From Camelus ferus (lineage: Eukaryota): a stretch of DNA of 64,000 nucleotides. Location: contig NC_045698.1 of NCBI RefSeq assembly GCF_009834535.1, positions 13,766,001-13,830,000 on the forward strand, read 5' to 3'. Below the pieces are notes generated by a model that was not told the origin of the DNA, did no database searches, and saw nothing but the letters and a program-made list of their open reading frames with translations. Positions 38,151 to 52,746 of the stretch are shown here, one piece after another. Every line of letters starts with the position of its first letter. Positions within the stretch are counted from its first letter, which is position 1. The position numbers were made by a program, and so were the translations under genes.

Positions 38151-40494
38151 CAAACTGTTAAAAATTTTAATTTTTGGTTTTAGGCTACAATTCTAGATTA
38201 ATAAAATGATTTTATCTATAATCTTGAAATTATTCATTTTAGAACTCAGGAAATATCATATTACATATGCATATTTTTCCATTGTTAATCATATGTTAGT
38301 TAATGAAATCATAGCTTATGTTGAAAAATATCCATTGAATATGATATATTTTCATATTTTTTATAAGGTCCTTAAAAAGTAAAGGAGAAACTTCGGAAAT
38401 GCTTTATTGAAATCAGTAGCATCTTGCCTTTTTAAGTGATTCACATCTTTTCACTTCCTTTAATGAAAACAAAATATTAACTTTGCTCCAGGTATCTTGC
38501 TTTTAGTTGGAGATAAAGGTCTTGTAAAGTTGCTTTTCACTTTATGTTTCATATCATACAAAAATTATATCAAAGTAAATAATCTCTGATTTTCAAGTCT
38601 TTTTTCTCTCCTCTCTGTCTCTGTGTCTGTTTCTCTCTTCATACACACACAACACATACACAGTGCACACACGTGGGGACATATATATTCTGATGTATGA
38701 TGATATAGATTGGTTCCTATATCTGGTCAAAACAGAAGGGAGTCCTAAGAATGAGGACCATCTCCCACTTGCTCAGTATCTGATGCCAATGTACTGCCCA
38801 GAGCCTCACACAAGAGGGAAGGAAAGGGGAGGGGAAGAAGTGAGGGATGTTGGGAGGCAAAAAGGACTCATTTGAATTCAACCAACTAGAATTCAGAAAA
38901 CAATAGTACGGAAAGAAAATGGGTGGAGTGTGCTCAGCAGACTTTCATTTGACACACACATATAATTTTTCAAAGTGGTTTTCTACTTTCTTTAAGTTAT
39001 TCAATTGTAATTAGATCCAAATTACACAGCCTCTTAAATGACTTTAAAGTCTCAGGACTGGTGTTTCCGGGAATCTGCTTCGGTGCAGTAAATTGGATTT
39101 TAAAATAATTTAATCCTTTTTTACTCAGTCACATTCACACAAGCTTTGAATGAAGTGAAAGTAGAGAAAGGTCATCCTATCAATTCTTATGCTTACATAA
39201 ACTCAAGTCTTGAATGCAAAGGTAACCAAATAAAGAATGTAGGCCAAATGTTAAAACTCCTGCACAATTTCTGGATTCTATAATCATTTTGACCTCCATT
39301 TTTTAAACTTGCAAATAAACTTGTTAATATCTTCTGCTTCCGGCTGTACTAGCAAAACATAATATGTTGAATAATTAAATGGTAACATAAGTAAAGTGCA
39401 TTGAATAATAATTACGTGAAGAAATATATCTAATCTTAAGCACCTAACAATTTAAAGACATCGAACATATTTTTGCTTTGGTGTTATTTTAAAACGTTAA
39501 ACATAATCTTTTTTTGTTTGTTTAAATTCAAGAAGACACATAATTTTTCAGCCTATATGATATTGTCTTGAACTAAAAGTTAACAATGTGGACCATACTT
39601 CACATACTTTATGTCCTACACTGCCATCCTAGGATCGCCATGTGAAAGCAATTGTGATGGCCGCGCAAACAGCTAAATACAAAAAGAAAATTGGCTTTTA
39701 TAATAACATAATAAAAATTTCAAAGCAACGTGAAAGATGTTCTTTTTTGAAATATCAAAACAAATATTATATTTATCTCTAGAGGGAAGTCTGATTCTCA
39801 TAAATTGAAGCTCATTTCAAATTTTGACATAATGAATGTATGCCACAGATTATGTATTTCAAAGGTATTTCAAGTCATGCCTCAATCCAAATGAAATGAT
39901 GTGCATTTTTAAGATTCTGTTCTTAAAAAAAGAAAATAATTATCTGTAAACCTAAAATTTGACATGCTAATCTTTTAAAACAAATCTTATATCTCTGAAT
40001 AAGAGTATGATGGTTCACTAAATGTTACAAAGATACGTCTTATTCATACTGTTTTTCAAGATGCCTTTCATTTAAAATGATTTCTTGGCGCTAGCACAGA
40101 AAGTTGCTTAGAGGGCTCTCTGATTCTACTTTAATATCATAGCAGTCCATTGTGTATGCTGCAAAATGTCAATATTACAAGTCTTTGTTTTAATTAATGC
40201 TTAGTTATTTGCATTCACTTGGCTAATACGAAAATTGCTATTTCTCCTTTTTTAATATTCAGTCTTCCAATATAATTTTTCCCATAGTTAATATATCATT
40301 GCTCATGCTTTTATTTTCAAACTTTCTGAATCATTTTGTTTTAGGAACATCCCTTATATAGGATAAAAATTTCAGATTTGTCTTGCTATTCAATCTGAAC
40401 TGAAATTTCGTAGATGAATCAAACACATTTAAATTTATTGATATGACAATATGTATGTTTAATCTTAGTTCCTTTTAAGTGTTTAGCAATGAGG

Positions 40495-41000
40495 AAGTTA
40501 TAGGTGAGCTGGGTTAGAATTATTTCTTGCTCTAGTGGAGACAGTCTGCAGATGAGAGTGATCTGAAGAATGAATGTGTGATGAGTACATGCCACTCTTT
40601 CAAGAAACCTGGCTTTAATGGAGAAGAGAGACTGGGAATTATAGTGAGGTGCATTGGAATCAAGTCAAGTTTAATTCTTTTTGCTTTGGTAAAATGGAAG
40701 AGAGCAAGAGTGATGATGAGATTCAAGGAAATCAGGGAGTGGCTCAGAAGCGAGTAGAAAATACTGTACACAGAGCAAAAGCTGATTAGCCTAATACCAA
40801 GATAGCACTCACTACATTAGCAAGAGAAGTAGGCAAGGCTGGATGTTGGTAAAAATGTGTTTTGTTTGTTTGATTTTCTTTTCTTTTTTTTTTGCAGAGG
40901 TGAGAAGAAGATAACTGTTTCATTGGTGAGGTGATGGACTGAAGTGTGCAAGTGAACATGATGGTAAACAAGCACAGAAGAGAAACCATTCATTCTTTGT
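40495..41000 (-). mobile_element. L2 fragment
   Basis: tggagacagtctgcagat...actctttcaagaaacctggc...ttttgctttggtaaaatggaagag. Confidence 0.55.
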
Positions 41001-42559
41001 TGAATCCACCTTCGATAAACCTGGGACTTGATACATTATTAAGAGATACCAAGAAAAAGTAGAGGAAGTAGGTGTACAGAAGAAAAGAAGAGTCATTTGA
41101 GACCAAGGCAGATTGAATAAAACATTTCCTATAAACTAAATAAATGTATGAATTCAAAGTAGCATTCAAATATAAATAATACATAACTATTTTGTTCTTT
41201 ACTCAAGTTATACTATCTCATTAGCCATAACCAGCCATAAGCAGCAACATAGGTAGGTTTTAACACAGTAAATAATCTTAATTTCAACTTTTCATTCAGA
41301 TGTACCCTGTTTCAACATTCTGTTTAATTTGTAATAGTTCATATTATTTTGGCATGCTATAGTTCATAGAGGGATCTTTAATTTAAAAATGAATCTTTCA
41401 CAAGAAAAAAAGCAAGCAAGATATATCCCACAGAGCCTGAGCAATGGACACCCCCTCCATCGATGCCACTGCTACGTCTTCATGGCATTCTCCTGTCAAC
41501 TGTATGGAAGAGTTAAGGGAAGACATTGAACTCCTAGCATTAATTATTATTACCTTTGTTGTGAATAAATTATTCAAATACTCTTTATTTTTTAACCTGT
41601 AAAATAATGTCAATATGGCAAAGCTGCTGTCAAGAAAAAATCGAATTAACTCACGTAGGACTCTGGGCAAAGAATGGATCCTGAATAAAGGTCAGTTTTC
41701 TTCTCCTTCCTTTATAGAAATAACTTGAGTTACATTGTTTCTTTTTTGAGAAACTCTGTTTAGTTCTAACATTTTAGTATTAAAAATGATAACATAAGAG
41801 AGGCAGAAGAAAGATATTCAATAAAAAATAGATCTCTTTTTTGTCTCCCTCTGCAATGTTCTGCAAGTACAATTTCTTTAATGCAATGTAATTAAAGAAA
41901 TAAAATTAGCAATTTGAAATTTTGGCAATATTATTTTGTATATGAGAAGCTTCAGGGATAAAAGCACTAAATGAAGATAGTGGTGCAAAAATTTTTTTTC
42001 TTTTCTAAATAAAACAAATCAAAATCATCTGTCTGCATCCAGGAAGTTCCATTAAAGAAATGTATGTACACCAATAAAAAAAAATTACTGTTTAAGTACC
42101 ACGTTCTTTAATCTTTATCCTGGGGCTCCTGCCTCAGCTTTTGTTCTTTCTAGCAATATTGTTAGTGGATGCCATGCTAAGAATTTTGATGCAGAATGTA
42201 ACAAGAAGCAATGCTACAAACACTTAGAGGGATCCAGCATTTCAAAAATCTGCAAAATATCCAAAAGTGATATATTCCTTGCATTTGGCAGTACAGAATA
42301 TAAGACCTAGATTTACCAAAACTCTTACAAGGGTATATCATTTTGAACACTGTATTTAAAACAAATTTTCTCTGAAACAAGCTTCCTCCTAGATATTCCT
42401 GGTTTATTAAAAGAAAAAAAAATTAAGCCTCCTTTAATTATAAAACTGTTTTATAATTGTTATTCTAATCATATGCAATGAAATCATTTATTTATATAGA
42501 CTTTAAAGTATGCAGTAGACAAAATCTGTATTTAAGCATTGGTTCTACCATTAAATAAC

Positions 42560-43480
42560 TATGGAAGATGGCAGACTACTGTCCCAAGGAACCATCTTAC
42601 CCAAGTTAGAGTTCAGGCTTCTTTTATACTAAAAGGGAAGGGGTTGTGGCTGGTTTTTGCAGACTTTCTGGTGCCGGAATCCTTTGTTCTTGCAGCTGTC
42701 TGTCTAGGTCTGGTCACAGCATTACTGGGAAAAGGGAAATAAAAGTTACCTTCATTCTTAGTCACCTCAAAAAAACAGATTTTTAACAAAAGACAGAAAG
42801 CGTGATAGAAACAAGATTTTATCAGTAAAGTAGAAAGGTAGTAAAATATAGTGCACTCCTGAGAATTGGGAGTGAGCTAATCCAAGAGAGGAAAGACGGC
42901 ACCACTCCTTTTTTTCTCCTGTCTTATGTCCTGGCTTAAGGGCGTTTTTTTGTGATTGATTTATGGCTCAGTTCCTTGTGCTCAGGCATGCCCATCCCTT
43001 TTGTGCAGGTTCTTACCCATGATGCACACAGAGAAACCTATGGGAGGGGCTCAAACCACAATGTTGATTACATTATAATGAGCATTGGGTCGGGTTAACC
43101 CGGGTCCTTCTCTCTGTTGCACAGCCGCAGCATTGGATCCTAGCCGGTTTATTTGTTACCCTCAATTTGAGAAAGTGAAGGTTTTTGGAGCCCCTTATCC
43201 TGAGCACAGGTGTACTGTTATTTTCTGGTTTGCTCCTTTCCCCTTTTTCTCCCCCTGTCCCATGCTCATTTCTTTCTAACTGCCTAACCATGTTCCTGTA
43301 ATCCTCCAACAAGACAATTGTTATTTTCTGTTCTGCAACTTTTGATTTCTATATGAATGGAAAAGTGTAGTACTTTATAAGGTCAAGCTGGGAGGCAGAG
43401 CCTTGAGAAAGGATTATTATGTATGTATAAGGCCACAGGCAACATTCTTTTACAAAGGTGCAGAGCCAGCATGACTCATC
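42560..43480 (-). mobile_element. ERV1-class LTR split by a second LTR (outer parts 42560-42720 and 43290-43480)
   Basis: caggcttcttttatactaaaaggg...ggtctggtcac | atgttcctgtaatcctccaacaagaca...ggtgcagagccagcatgact reads as one continuous LTR. Confidence 0.75.
42721..43289 (-). mobile_element. ERV solo LTR nested in the preceding LTR
   Basis: (a)ttactggg...ctaactgcctaac termini; layout similar to the 30529-31125 LTR. Confidence 0.75.
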
Positions 43481-44243
43481 TTTATAATGTTCAGATTTCT
43501 GACCATTACCATAGTCTTTGTAATTTTTAGTTGGAAACTGCTTGTGTATAACTTCCTCATTTTTCTCAAGAGGGTAAAAAATCATATTAAGTCTAGTCTC
43601 TTCTCCTCACTCCTGGCTTCAGATGCTTTAAGGTAAGACTGGCTTTGCATACATTTTCTGTAATATTAATTGTAATATTAGGAACTGAGAGCAACGTTGT
43701 TTCTAAGAGTTGGTGACCACTGGAGATTTAGCAAAGATTATCATGTTCTTTTATCAGTACATTATGCTTTCAATAAGGATATGCAAGTTTCAATTAGCTA
43801 GACTGTGTTTCTCAACACACTGTTGCCATATATTACTCCTGTCAAGTAAATGTCCCAGGTCTGTTATACATGAATCACTACTGAGATAATTTATAGTGTT
43901 CTTGAGCATGGGACATTTACTTAAAAAATTTAAAATATAACCCTAATGGATAATATTGTTATAGATTCACGTTAAAATTGAAATCTGAGATTATGTAAAT
44001 CCGTATTCAAATTAAACTCATGATACATCTCTGAGAGCTTTCAGCCATCAGTATTGTCATTCAAATTATAGTTTAAAATCTTGGGTGACATCCATGCTAC
44101 GACACATGCTGGAGGCTATTTATTCACCATAAATCCCTTTTTGCAATAATTTAAGTGTACAAGACGTTCAAGTTTGAATATGCTATCAACCAAGTTTACT
44201 TTTCAATTTAAGGCCGTGAAATCATAAAAGGTTAAGCTCAGAT

Positions 44244-44307
44244 ACATACCCAGATTGCACCCTGCAAGTAAGCACATACCCAGATTGCACCCTGCAAGTA
44301 AGCACAT
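44244..44307. repeat. perfect 30-bp tandem duplication
   Basis: acatacccagattgcaccctgcaagtaagc x2 + acat. Confidence 0.97.
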
Positions 44308-45162
44308 CAGAGATGTTTCATTCAGGTAATTTTCATTGGATAATTTTCTTCATACAGAAATAAAACTAGAAGTTAGGCAGATTAAAAATAAATAGAGTCT
44401 CCAGATAGTAGTCTTGAAAGCAAACCTATGAAGTTCTAACTGCATGTTAAAAGAAGGAAGCCAGCTTGAGTATCAGTGGGATTACTATGTAAAGAGGGTG
44501 TAAATGAAGTTCTTACACATAAAAGGAAAATGGCAAAGAGGATAAATAGATTTCTCTCAATTGCCTTGCCTGTAGAAAATGTCAGGGAAATTCTTACACG
44601 TGGATCATGCCTTGAAATGGGCAATTAGCAATATTATGCTGACCGGTGACATGCTTTTGTCAGTAATTTATATTTTAACATGGATGAACCATTTATGTAC
44701 TTACTATGTCCAAAATGCTCTTATTAAGTCATCAATTCTTTTTTGAAAATGTGTAATTCATATTATCTAGTACTTGCTCTCAGATTTTACAAATAGAAGA
44801 TATTCATTTAGATTATTTTATTCTATCTCTGAGAGGTGAAATGTCACAGATGATGGGATCTTATTTCACGATGAAAACATAGTACAGGGAAAATGGTGAA
44901 TGTCATTTCATTTAGACATTACAAATAAATGTCATTCTTTGTCAAAAATTATGTGATGATTTCTTGACTCTTCGGTCATTTAATTCATATACAAAATTGT
45001 CACACTTACTGGTAAACAGAAAAAAATGTCAAAATCTTAGTTTCCAAAATACTCCTTATAAGATCTGTATTAATATTCATGCTTTCCAGGTAAAGCCCAC
45101 ATTAAATTTACAATAAAAATAACTAGTGTTATTTATGGGCACAAATATGTACTGAATTCTCT

Positions 45163-45672
45163 CATTGAGAGACAGTTCTCAACAGATCTCTTGCATTTCT
45201 GAAAATCCTGTGGGGAAGCATTGATGCCTTGGGTTTCCAGATTCTTTATTTCAAGGATTTGCATAGCAAAGAGCCTTGAAACATAGATAGATTTTCTCCT
45301 TCTGGAGTGGAGAGTATGTTTTTGTTTCCTGATCAGGATAATAAAGCTCCTCTCCAAGGAAATGTTGGACAGGGCTAGTCATAGCCCCCTTCTAAATTGG
45401 GGGTTACCTAAACTTGGGGATCCTCAGCTGTGACCCATTCCCATCTTGTGTACAACTTTCAGCTGGGGTACTCTACATTGCCCCCAGGGAATTGGGGGCA
45501 GGAGCAAGGGGAACTAATGTGAACATGAAATTCACGCTGCTCTCTGGGAGTAATAAGGCTGTTTGTCTCTGACCCAGCTCTCCTGGGTCTTCCTTAGCAC
45601 CCTGGGCACTGGGGAGCTAACTTGTTAGGGTGTAAATAGGATCGAGCCTCAAACTTTTCATTGTCTTTGACA
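45163..45672 (+). mobile_element. MER89/MER110-like ERV1 LTR
   Basis: gagagacagttctc...gtgaacatgaa...gtaataaggctgtttgtctctgaccca...gctaacttgttag...tttgaca. Confidence 0.75.
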
Positions 45673-45703
45673 ACAACCTTTAGTGAAGACAGGAGCTGCA
45701 TAC

Positions 45704-46209
45704 TGTCCACTGAAATAAAATCACACAATGTGAAGATTGTGGGTTAAGTTTTACTTGGGGCAAAATGAGACTATAGCCTGGGAGACAGCATCTCAGATAG
45801 CTCTGAAGAACTGCTCTGAAGAGGCGAGGGGAAAACTCAGTATTATATACGATCTTAGTGAAGAGGGTACGTGCAGTCAAGCACAAATTTAGACAGGGGC
45901 TTGCTGCTAGTCACGAGGAGATGTCACCACTAATGGATTTAGTGCTTTTCTAGATAGAAGGAGATGCAAGAATTAGGGCTCATAAAATTTTCTCCTGAAA
46001 ATATTTGACTATCTGAAGGCTTGTTCAGCCAGTTTTCCCAGAGCACAGAGCCCCTCACTTCTGCTCTCCCCCCTGAACTCCTTGCAGGGAGTGTTGGAGC
46101 TCAGCGGCTGCAGTGGCTCGTGATTTAATCCAAGCAGAGGTTGGTGGCAAGTGCCAACGTGATCCAGTCCTTGGAGAGGCAGGCAGCAAGTGCCAGTTTG
46201 TAGTTAGCA
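45704..46209 (-). mobile_element. ERV1-class (MER41-related) solo LTR
   Basis: TG...CA termini; tagcctgggagacagcatctcagatagctctgaagaactgctc; flanks atac/atcc. Confidence 0.85.
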
Positions 46210-46779
46210 ATCCCATTCCCTCTCTGTCTCCAACTATAATTTCTGAACCACATTATATAGCAAGAACCATGATCCCACGAGTTCAGTATTCATCACTGAA
46301 CTCTTGTGTTTACTGAGGCTCCAAGCTTTTCATCTTTCTGACACATGCCCTTTAATTATGTTAAAAGTTGCACAAGGCTTTATAGCTTAAGGAGTAGTTT
46401 TATGTAAATAATCTAATTAATCTTCTCCTAAAACTTGAGGAATATTATCACAAGCAAGTTTCTGAAAAGAAAATATTGGGGCTAAAAATGTAGCAATAAC
46501 ATAGTCAGGGACATGGATTTAATAAATGGTATCTTTTGATATGCAATGGCTTGTCTTTTCTGCATATTACCCTGCTTTTTAAAACTAACTCTGCAAATCC
46601 TGATAATATATATGGAGAAATTGTTTGAGATATACCACCATAAAGAGATTCATGAGAACTTCCATAACCTACAAGATATTTTGGAATTATTTAGCACCAT
46701 TATCAGAGGCATACTATTTCTTGAAATACATGGTATTTATGACAGTGAAAGGTGTTGCTAAAAAATAAAGAAAATAATG

Positions 46780-47510
46780 TCCTTTAAATTATAAACAGAT
46801 GAAAAATATTATATTATTTAGTATATTTTTAAATGAATGACAATGAGAATACTATGTCTTAAAACTAGTGTGACATAAAGAAAGCAGCACTTGGAAATAC
46901 TTTTTTTATAAAGGTAGAATTTTAGAAAATAAGAAAATATTGAAAGTAAAAGGTCCACAAGTTTGCAAAAGCAACAAATTAACCCTTAGAAAATTGAGAA
47001 AAAATAAGTTATTAGAGAAGAATTAAATAAAATAGAAAAAATAGAATATGTAGATAAAAGGAAAAGGGGAAGAGGAGAAGGAGGAGAAAGGAGAAAACAA
47101 ATATGGTTCTTTTAAAAGATTGATAAGATTTTTGAAAGCTCAAGACAAATTAGAAAATAAAGTATGGATGAAATAAATAACTGGGGGAATATAAAATAGA
47201 CAGGATTACAAACTAAATAGATCTGAAGTAGATATACTCCTGGAAAGTAAATGGAGAGCAGATGAGTGGGTGATTTTTTGAAATGTATAACTTTCTCAAT
47301 AAACGTGTAAAACCTGAGCTTCCTCCTCAGTACTTACAAAATTGAATCAACAGTTTAAATCATGGTCACTGAAAAATCCATATACACAGTCAATTTTATG
47401 AAATGATCAAGAAAAAGATAATTTCATGCTATAAAATTATTCTGTTGTATATAAAAGAGGAGAAAGCCTGGCCACTCACTTCATGATCCTAATACTATCT
47501 TTACTGCATG
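46780..47510 (+). mobile_element. ancient L1 ORF2 fragment
   Basis: aatgagaatactatgtcttaaaactagtgtgac...aaagcagcactt resembles the NENTTYQNLWD..KAVL region; atatggttcttttaaaagat. Confidence 0.7.
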
Positions 47511-48978
47511 TTCTCCAGATGATGGCTAATGACTAGCAGTTACATTCAAGGTAAAAGAAAAAAAAAAAAAAAGAGAGAGAGAGAGACAGAAATGGAAGGG
47601 ATGCTGCAAATCGCATCTATCCCCTTCGATCAGAAATTCTCAGCTTCCCCGCATACCCCATGGAACAGGAACTTGACTCAAAATCAAATAAAGTACATTT
47701 CTAATATCATCATCAGTATATTATTTTAATTGAGAAGTAGATAAGATTTAAGCATGTCTAATTCATCTCTGATCACTTAAATTTTTTGTTATGACCTAAG
47801 AATCACATTAAATATACTATAATATTACTTTTAGGATGTTTTGATCTTTCTCTGATCATTGACTGCAGGACAGGCATTAAGTTGCACAAAATCAGCATAG
47901 AGTCCTTATGGATGTTTCTATAAAGTAAAATCATGAACTAGTATTATCAGGTATAGTCCCTTAAGAAATCAGAAAATTAGGTAACAAGTTAAACAAGTGA
48001 TGGGTTTCCTTTCTTCCTTTTTTTTTTTTTTCATTAAACATATTCTTAAGTTGGGCAGAATCACAATCAAAACTTTGAGCTATCAGCACTCATCCTGATA
48101 ATTTTAAGATTCTTTTCTGGTGACAATAGCAGATCAAATTAATTACTATTATCAGCCCTCTTTCTATTACAATAGTGCAACTGTAGAAAAGTAATGTGCA
48201 GATTGCTCTTCTGTTTTCAGCCTAGCAATTGTGCCAAAGTGGGGTGTAGTCTTACTTTTCTTCTGCAATGAGATACTGATGGATGATTTTTACATGTACC
48301 TCCTGATGATTTGTCCAATCTTTTTTTATGCCTTCTGGAGAGGCAGATGAGTAAAAAGTCTGTCTAAAGCCATCTTCTAAAAGATTAGAAAAAGGTACTT
48401 GCAGAGATTTTTCCAGGCTTAGCCTTCCATTTCTTTATTTCTCATTTTATTTCTTTATTTCTAATTTTTCCTTCTTACATCAAGGTTCAAGGATCGGCAT
48501 TTGGGAATACAAACTTGAAAATAGCATTCTTGTATCCTCTTTAATATGGGAATTTAGAGGCCCAATTTAATATTTTTCTTATGGGGATAACCTATAATTA
48601 CTTGCTGAGGAAATCTTTTGGATCTGTTGATAAGTACTCCCTTGGTCCATTTCTGTGATACGGTTGAACAGCGGTCTGCTCAGTGAGAAGTAATAGTTAG
48701 ACCCTTCAACTCTCATAAGAGGATTCAATCAGTCATGCAACAAATATTTATTGAGTGCCAACCATATGCCAAACACACCATTCATATTTCTTGGATCATA
48801 TCAGTGAGCAAAAAGACATATTGGTAGGTTGCAGAAAGTTCAAACAAAACACTGAGTCTGCAATTATCTTGCAACACAGAACACTCATCACTCATCTCCG
48901 GGTATTTCTCTAAATGTGCATCCTCAAAAACAGAGCAATGCAGTATTTATCAAAAACATGGTAAAGAGAAATAATGTT

Positions 48979-49385
48979 AGTATTAGTTTGCTAAGGCTGT
49001 CGTAAGAAACTACCGCAAACGGGGTGACCTACACATCTGAAATGCATTGGCTCACATTTCTGAAGTCTAGAAGTACAAGGTCAAGGTGTTAAAAGGGTTG
49101 GTTTCTCGGCTTATAGAAATATCACCTCATCTGCATTCATTGTCACATGGTGTTTCCCCTGTTGTCTCCTCACAGTGATTTCTTCTGTGTGCATCTGTCT
49201 CTGTATCCACATTTCTCTTTTTAAGGATACCAGTCACAATGGATTAGAGCCCACCCCAATGACATAATTTTAACTTGACTAATTATATCTACAATGACCA
49301 TATTTAAAAATAAGTTTACATTCTGAGTTGTGGAGGATAAGCACTTCAACATATAAATTTTTAGGGATATGGCCAACTCATAACA
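48979..49385 (-). mobile_element. MLT1B/C-like MaLR LTR
   Basis: gtattagtttgctaaggctg...aaggataccagtcacaatggattagagcccacccc...cataaca. Confidence 0.88.
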
Positions 49386-52009
49386 ATGCTTACACAAGAA
49401 TAACTAGATTAAGGATTCAGTCAAACCATCAGGCTTGTACTTGAATCGTATAAACTGGCATCCTCTTCACTTTTTGCTCCAACCATAAAAACCAGCTTTT
49501 TCTATATGTTTTGAGTTAATGGTATTATTCTACACTGAGGGATTTTAGACAAAAATATACAAATTCTCATCACATTTATTACAAGGGGTTTATGGATTCA
49601 TTACTAATTATACAATGGAGTCTAATGCTGCAGCCATGAGGATTCATCTGTGGACTTCAGATAAATATTTGATTGATATTTTTTGCTTATGAAAAATGTA
49701 ATTCACATACCAATGGTGACTTTGGTCTTTTATTTTGGCTTTTGGAAACTACAATTATAAAATTGACTTGACGCTCAATTTTTTGACAGTAATATATTGG
49801 CCATGTCTTTGTTCCATTGATGTTTTCTTTCATCCATCCCTATTTGCTGAACTATTTTTTACCTCAGTATAGTGTATGCATTGTGTATAATGCTTCAACT
49901 CTATTTGGAAAAAGAGAGGGTTTGTAAATAATACAATCATTCTAAATAAAATCATAGTTGAACCTATATGATATGAGGGATATATCATGTTTTAATTTAG
50001 TTAACATATGAGCAGGAACTTATTTCCCATTCATAAATTAGGTTTTTTAGCAAATCTTTGATAACAATTTTTTACTCTACAATTGTATCTATTTTAAATG
50101 TGTTTTTACTCACAGTTAAAGTGTGCCACTTATGTTTCAAGTGTTTTTTTCCTATTTTTTTTTTACTATTGTTTCCTTTTAATCCAGATTTGTCTTTTTT
50201 GAGGACTGTAGTAAAATAATATATTTCTGCCCTTCTCAACAGAAGATGCCAGAGAAGTGTTAGAAAAGTACCTGCATCACATTCAAAGAGCCATTTGTCC
50301 AATAGTTTCCATCTTCTTTTTGATCATTTGGGACAAATGAGATAAATTCTACCACTCAGAGTCTTCACAGCTGTCTCCATGGATGACTAGAAGTGTTTAA
50401 ATACATCATGGCAGATTATTTCTCAAACTATCAAGTACCAAGAAAGACAAAATAGATACAAGAGTGAGCTTCCACTTGTATCCGGCATATCACTCTATAT
50501 AAACTTAGACTCAGACAACACAATGACAGTCATATAGATGGGCATTATAAGTTTAGGCCATACTATCTAAACAACACATTTCAATGCTTGTAAAATACTC
50601 TAAATATCTCCTTTGCTTAAATTAACTTTTTCAAATGTGAGAGTAACATATACCTTCATGCTCATTGTAAAAATAAGAATAAAGATGTGTCTAGGGCAAA
50701 AATGGCACTTCCTATTGTCTTCCTTCTTGTACTTCTGCAAGCATTTAGGATATATCAGTATTAAGCTATTTATTTGTTGTGTTAATTTATTTATATGCAT
50801 TGGTATTTAAATGTCCATGTGAATGTCTATGTGAGAATGTATCTCTATATTTTGTTCATAATACTAATAATGCCAAACTATTAGTTGCTTTTTCAAGTAG
50901 CAATATACTATCTTGGTGATTATCCCATTTAAAAATATTCAGATAAAACCACCTCTTTCTTTTCATCTGTTGCATAGTTCACTATTTTTTGTTGAAGACA
51001 GATTTGTTTGAAACAGCATCCATCTTGATTACGTTTTCTTAGATTTTTAATTTGTTACAAAGCCAAAGCTTACTGAGGTTATGATGATCTATTTTCTCCT
51101 CAATATTTATTATGCTTTCCTTATTGTTACTATTCTCTTTTCCTTATTTTATTCTTGATCTAGCAAATAATGCTAAAATTTCTATACCTCCTCCCTTTCT
51201 AATATGTGACAGATTTTTATATTTTTTTAATCAAAATGCCAAATTAAATAATAATTATGCCTGTAAAAAAAAAGACCTTTGGTAACTTGTACTTCCAAGC
51301 CTCCAAGCACACTTTTTCAAGTAACATATTTGTGAACTAAAGTTGTGTTTTTAATTTGTCCTCTTTGTAATTCTTCTTTTTCAGGCTAGATTCATATTGT
51401 ACAATTTATTTAGGTTTAACTGAAAATATTTTTTTTTCTTTTCCCTTTTATTTACATTTTCCCCTCTCTCTTTTAAGACTTTTTCTGACTTACTGTTACA
51501 CAGACTAGTTTTTCCCCCCACTTAATTATTTTTTTCAATCAAAGAGTTATGTTTTCTTGGTCCTTCCATACCTGAAATACTTTTCTTTGCCCTTTTCATT
51601 TATGAATGAGACCACCACAAATGACATCTTTATGGGAGTGTTTTTGGCTGAGTGGGCCAAATTAACTCTAGGGACAGTCTAGAGAGAAAAGAAATGTATT
51701 GTACAGGAGAAAAGAGGTTATCTGGGTAAGATAATAAAAATAAAATAAACTAAGATAGTAGATTCAAGAAAACTGGGAAAGTCAACAGAAACTTACCCAG
51801 AAAAATGGCAAAACCACAAAAATCACAAAGAGAAGCAGGAGAAGAAAAGAGAGTTAGAACCATTGCATGGTCTGTATCTCCCACCCCCCATCCTGTCTCC
51901 ACCTCAAATTTGTTAGCAGGAAGTTTTCAGGTAGGACTATATATGTATTCCTTACTCTTGGTGGACTATTAAAAAAAAAAAAAAAAGGCAAAACTCACAA
52001 ATGTATTTT

Positions 52010-52150
52010 GCATCTACTTACAGTAATTGCTATTGATCTGTCACTCCATTTCCAGATGAGAAAATTGAAATTCAGAATTATTTAACAGCTATTCTTAAGT
52101 CATGCAGGTAAATAAAACACCAGCTATTCAAAGCAGCACTCACTCCTCAG
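52010..52150 (-). mobile_element. MIR
   Basis: ctccatttccagatgagaaaattgaaattcaga...ttcttaagtcatgcaggtaa. Confidence 0.65.
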
Positions 52151-52746
52151 AAAGGCAGCATTTACTGTAAAGATAAACATTACCTTCCACAAGGTCAGAT
52201 AATATAGTTTCAAACAATTATTAACTTTTCATAACTTTCTACAGAAAAGACAACATTTGATGGGAAATCTCTCATGTCACTCAGTATGATCAGTAGCTTT
52301 TGAAAAAGTTGGAAGTTGGGGAAAATACTGCAACTAAAGGAAAGTAGCGATGTGTGATGTAACATCAAATAAAATGTAAAAGCTTGCTTGAAACAACCTG
52401 TTTCAAAATAAGAGAGGTCTGGAAACTATGCCTCCGGCTTGAAGAATGGCTTGAGGAAAAGTGTGGTGATGAAAAACTGTTCTCCACTGGTTCGGTTCTT
52501 TCTTCGAGGAAGGCTCAACACGTTCAAATCTGAAGCAAAGCCATTCTTACCAGAGATTTCAATCAGAGAGTGTGTCATAGGCACCCAGATGCAATCCCCT
52601 AGTCCCATCATCCTTTTTTCAGTAAAAGCCTTTTGTGGATGATACAGATTCGAGGCGAGGAGTCAGGGGAACACTATCAAAAGGCTTCAAATGTAATACA
52701 CTTGCTACTAAAGCTCTAAATCTTACCAGCTATAAGGGCCACCTCA

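Noticed and set aside
45990..46045. STAT-like motifs in a MER41-related LTR (TTCTCCTGAA; TTCCCAGAG)
   Set aside because: Neither is a canonical TTCN3GAA GAS site, so an interferon-responsive enhancer cannot be claimed from sequence.
46119..46196. Two diverged ~39-bp direct repeats ending in gcaagtgcca
   Set aside because: Internal U3 repeat of the LTR; only two copies with no spacers, so not CRISPR-like.
52426..52730. Short ORFs and minus-strand donors CTG|GTAAGA near 52550 and 52726
   Set aside because: No matching good acceptor and no recognisable peptide.
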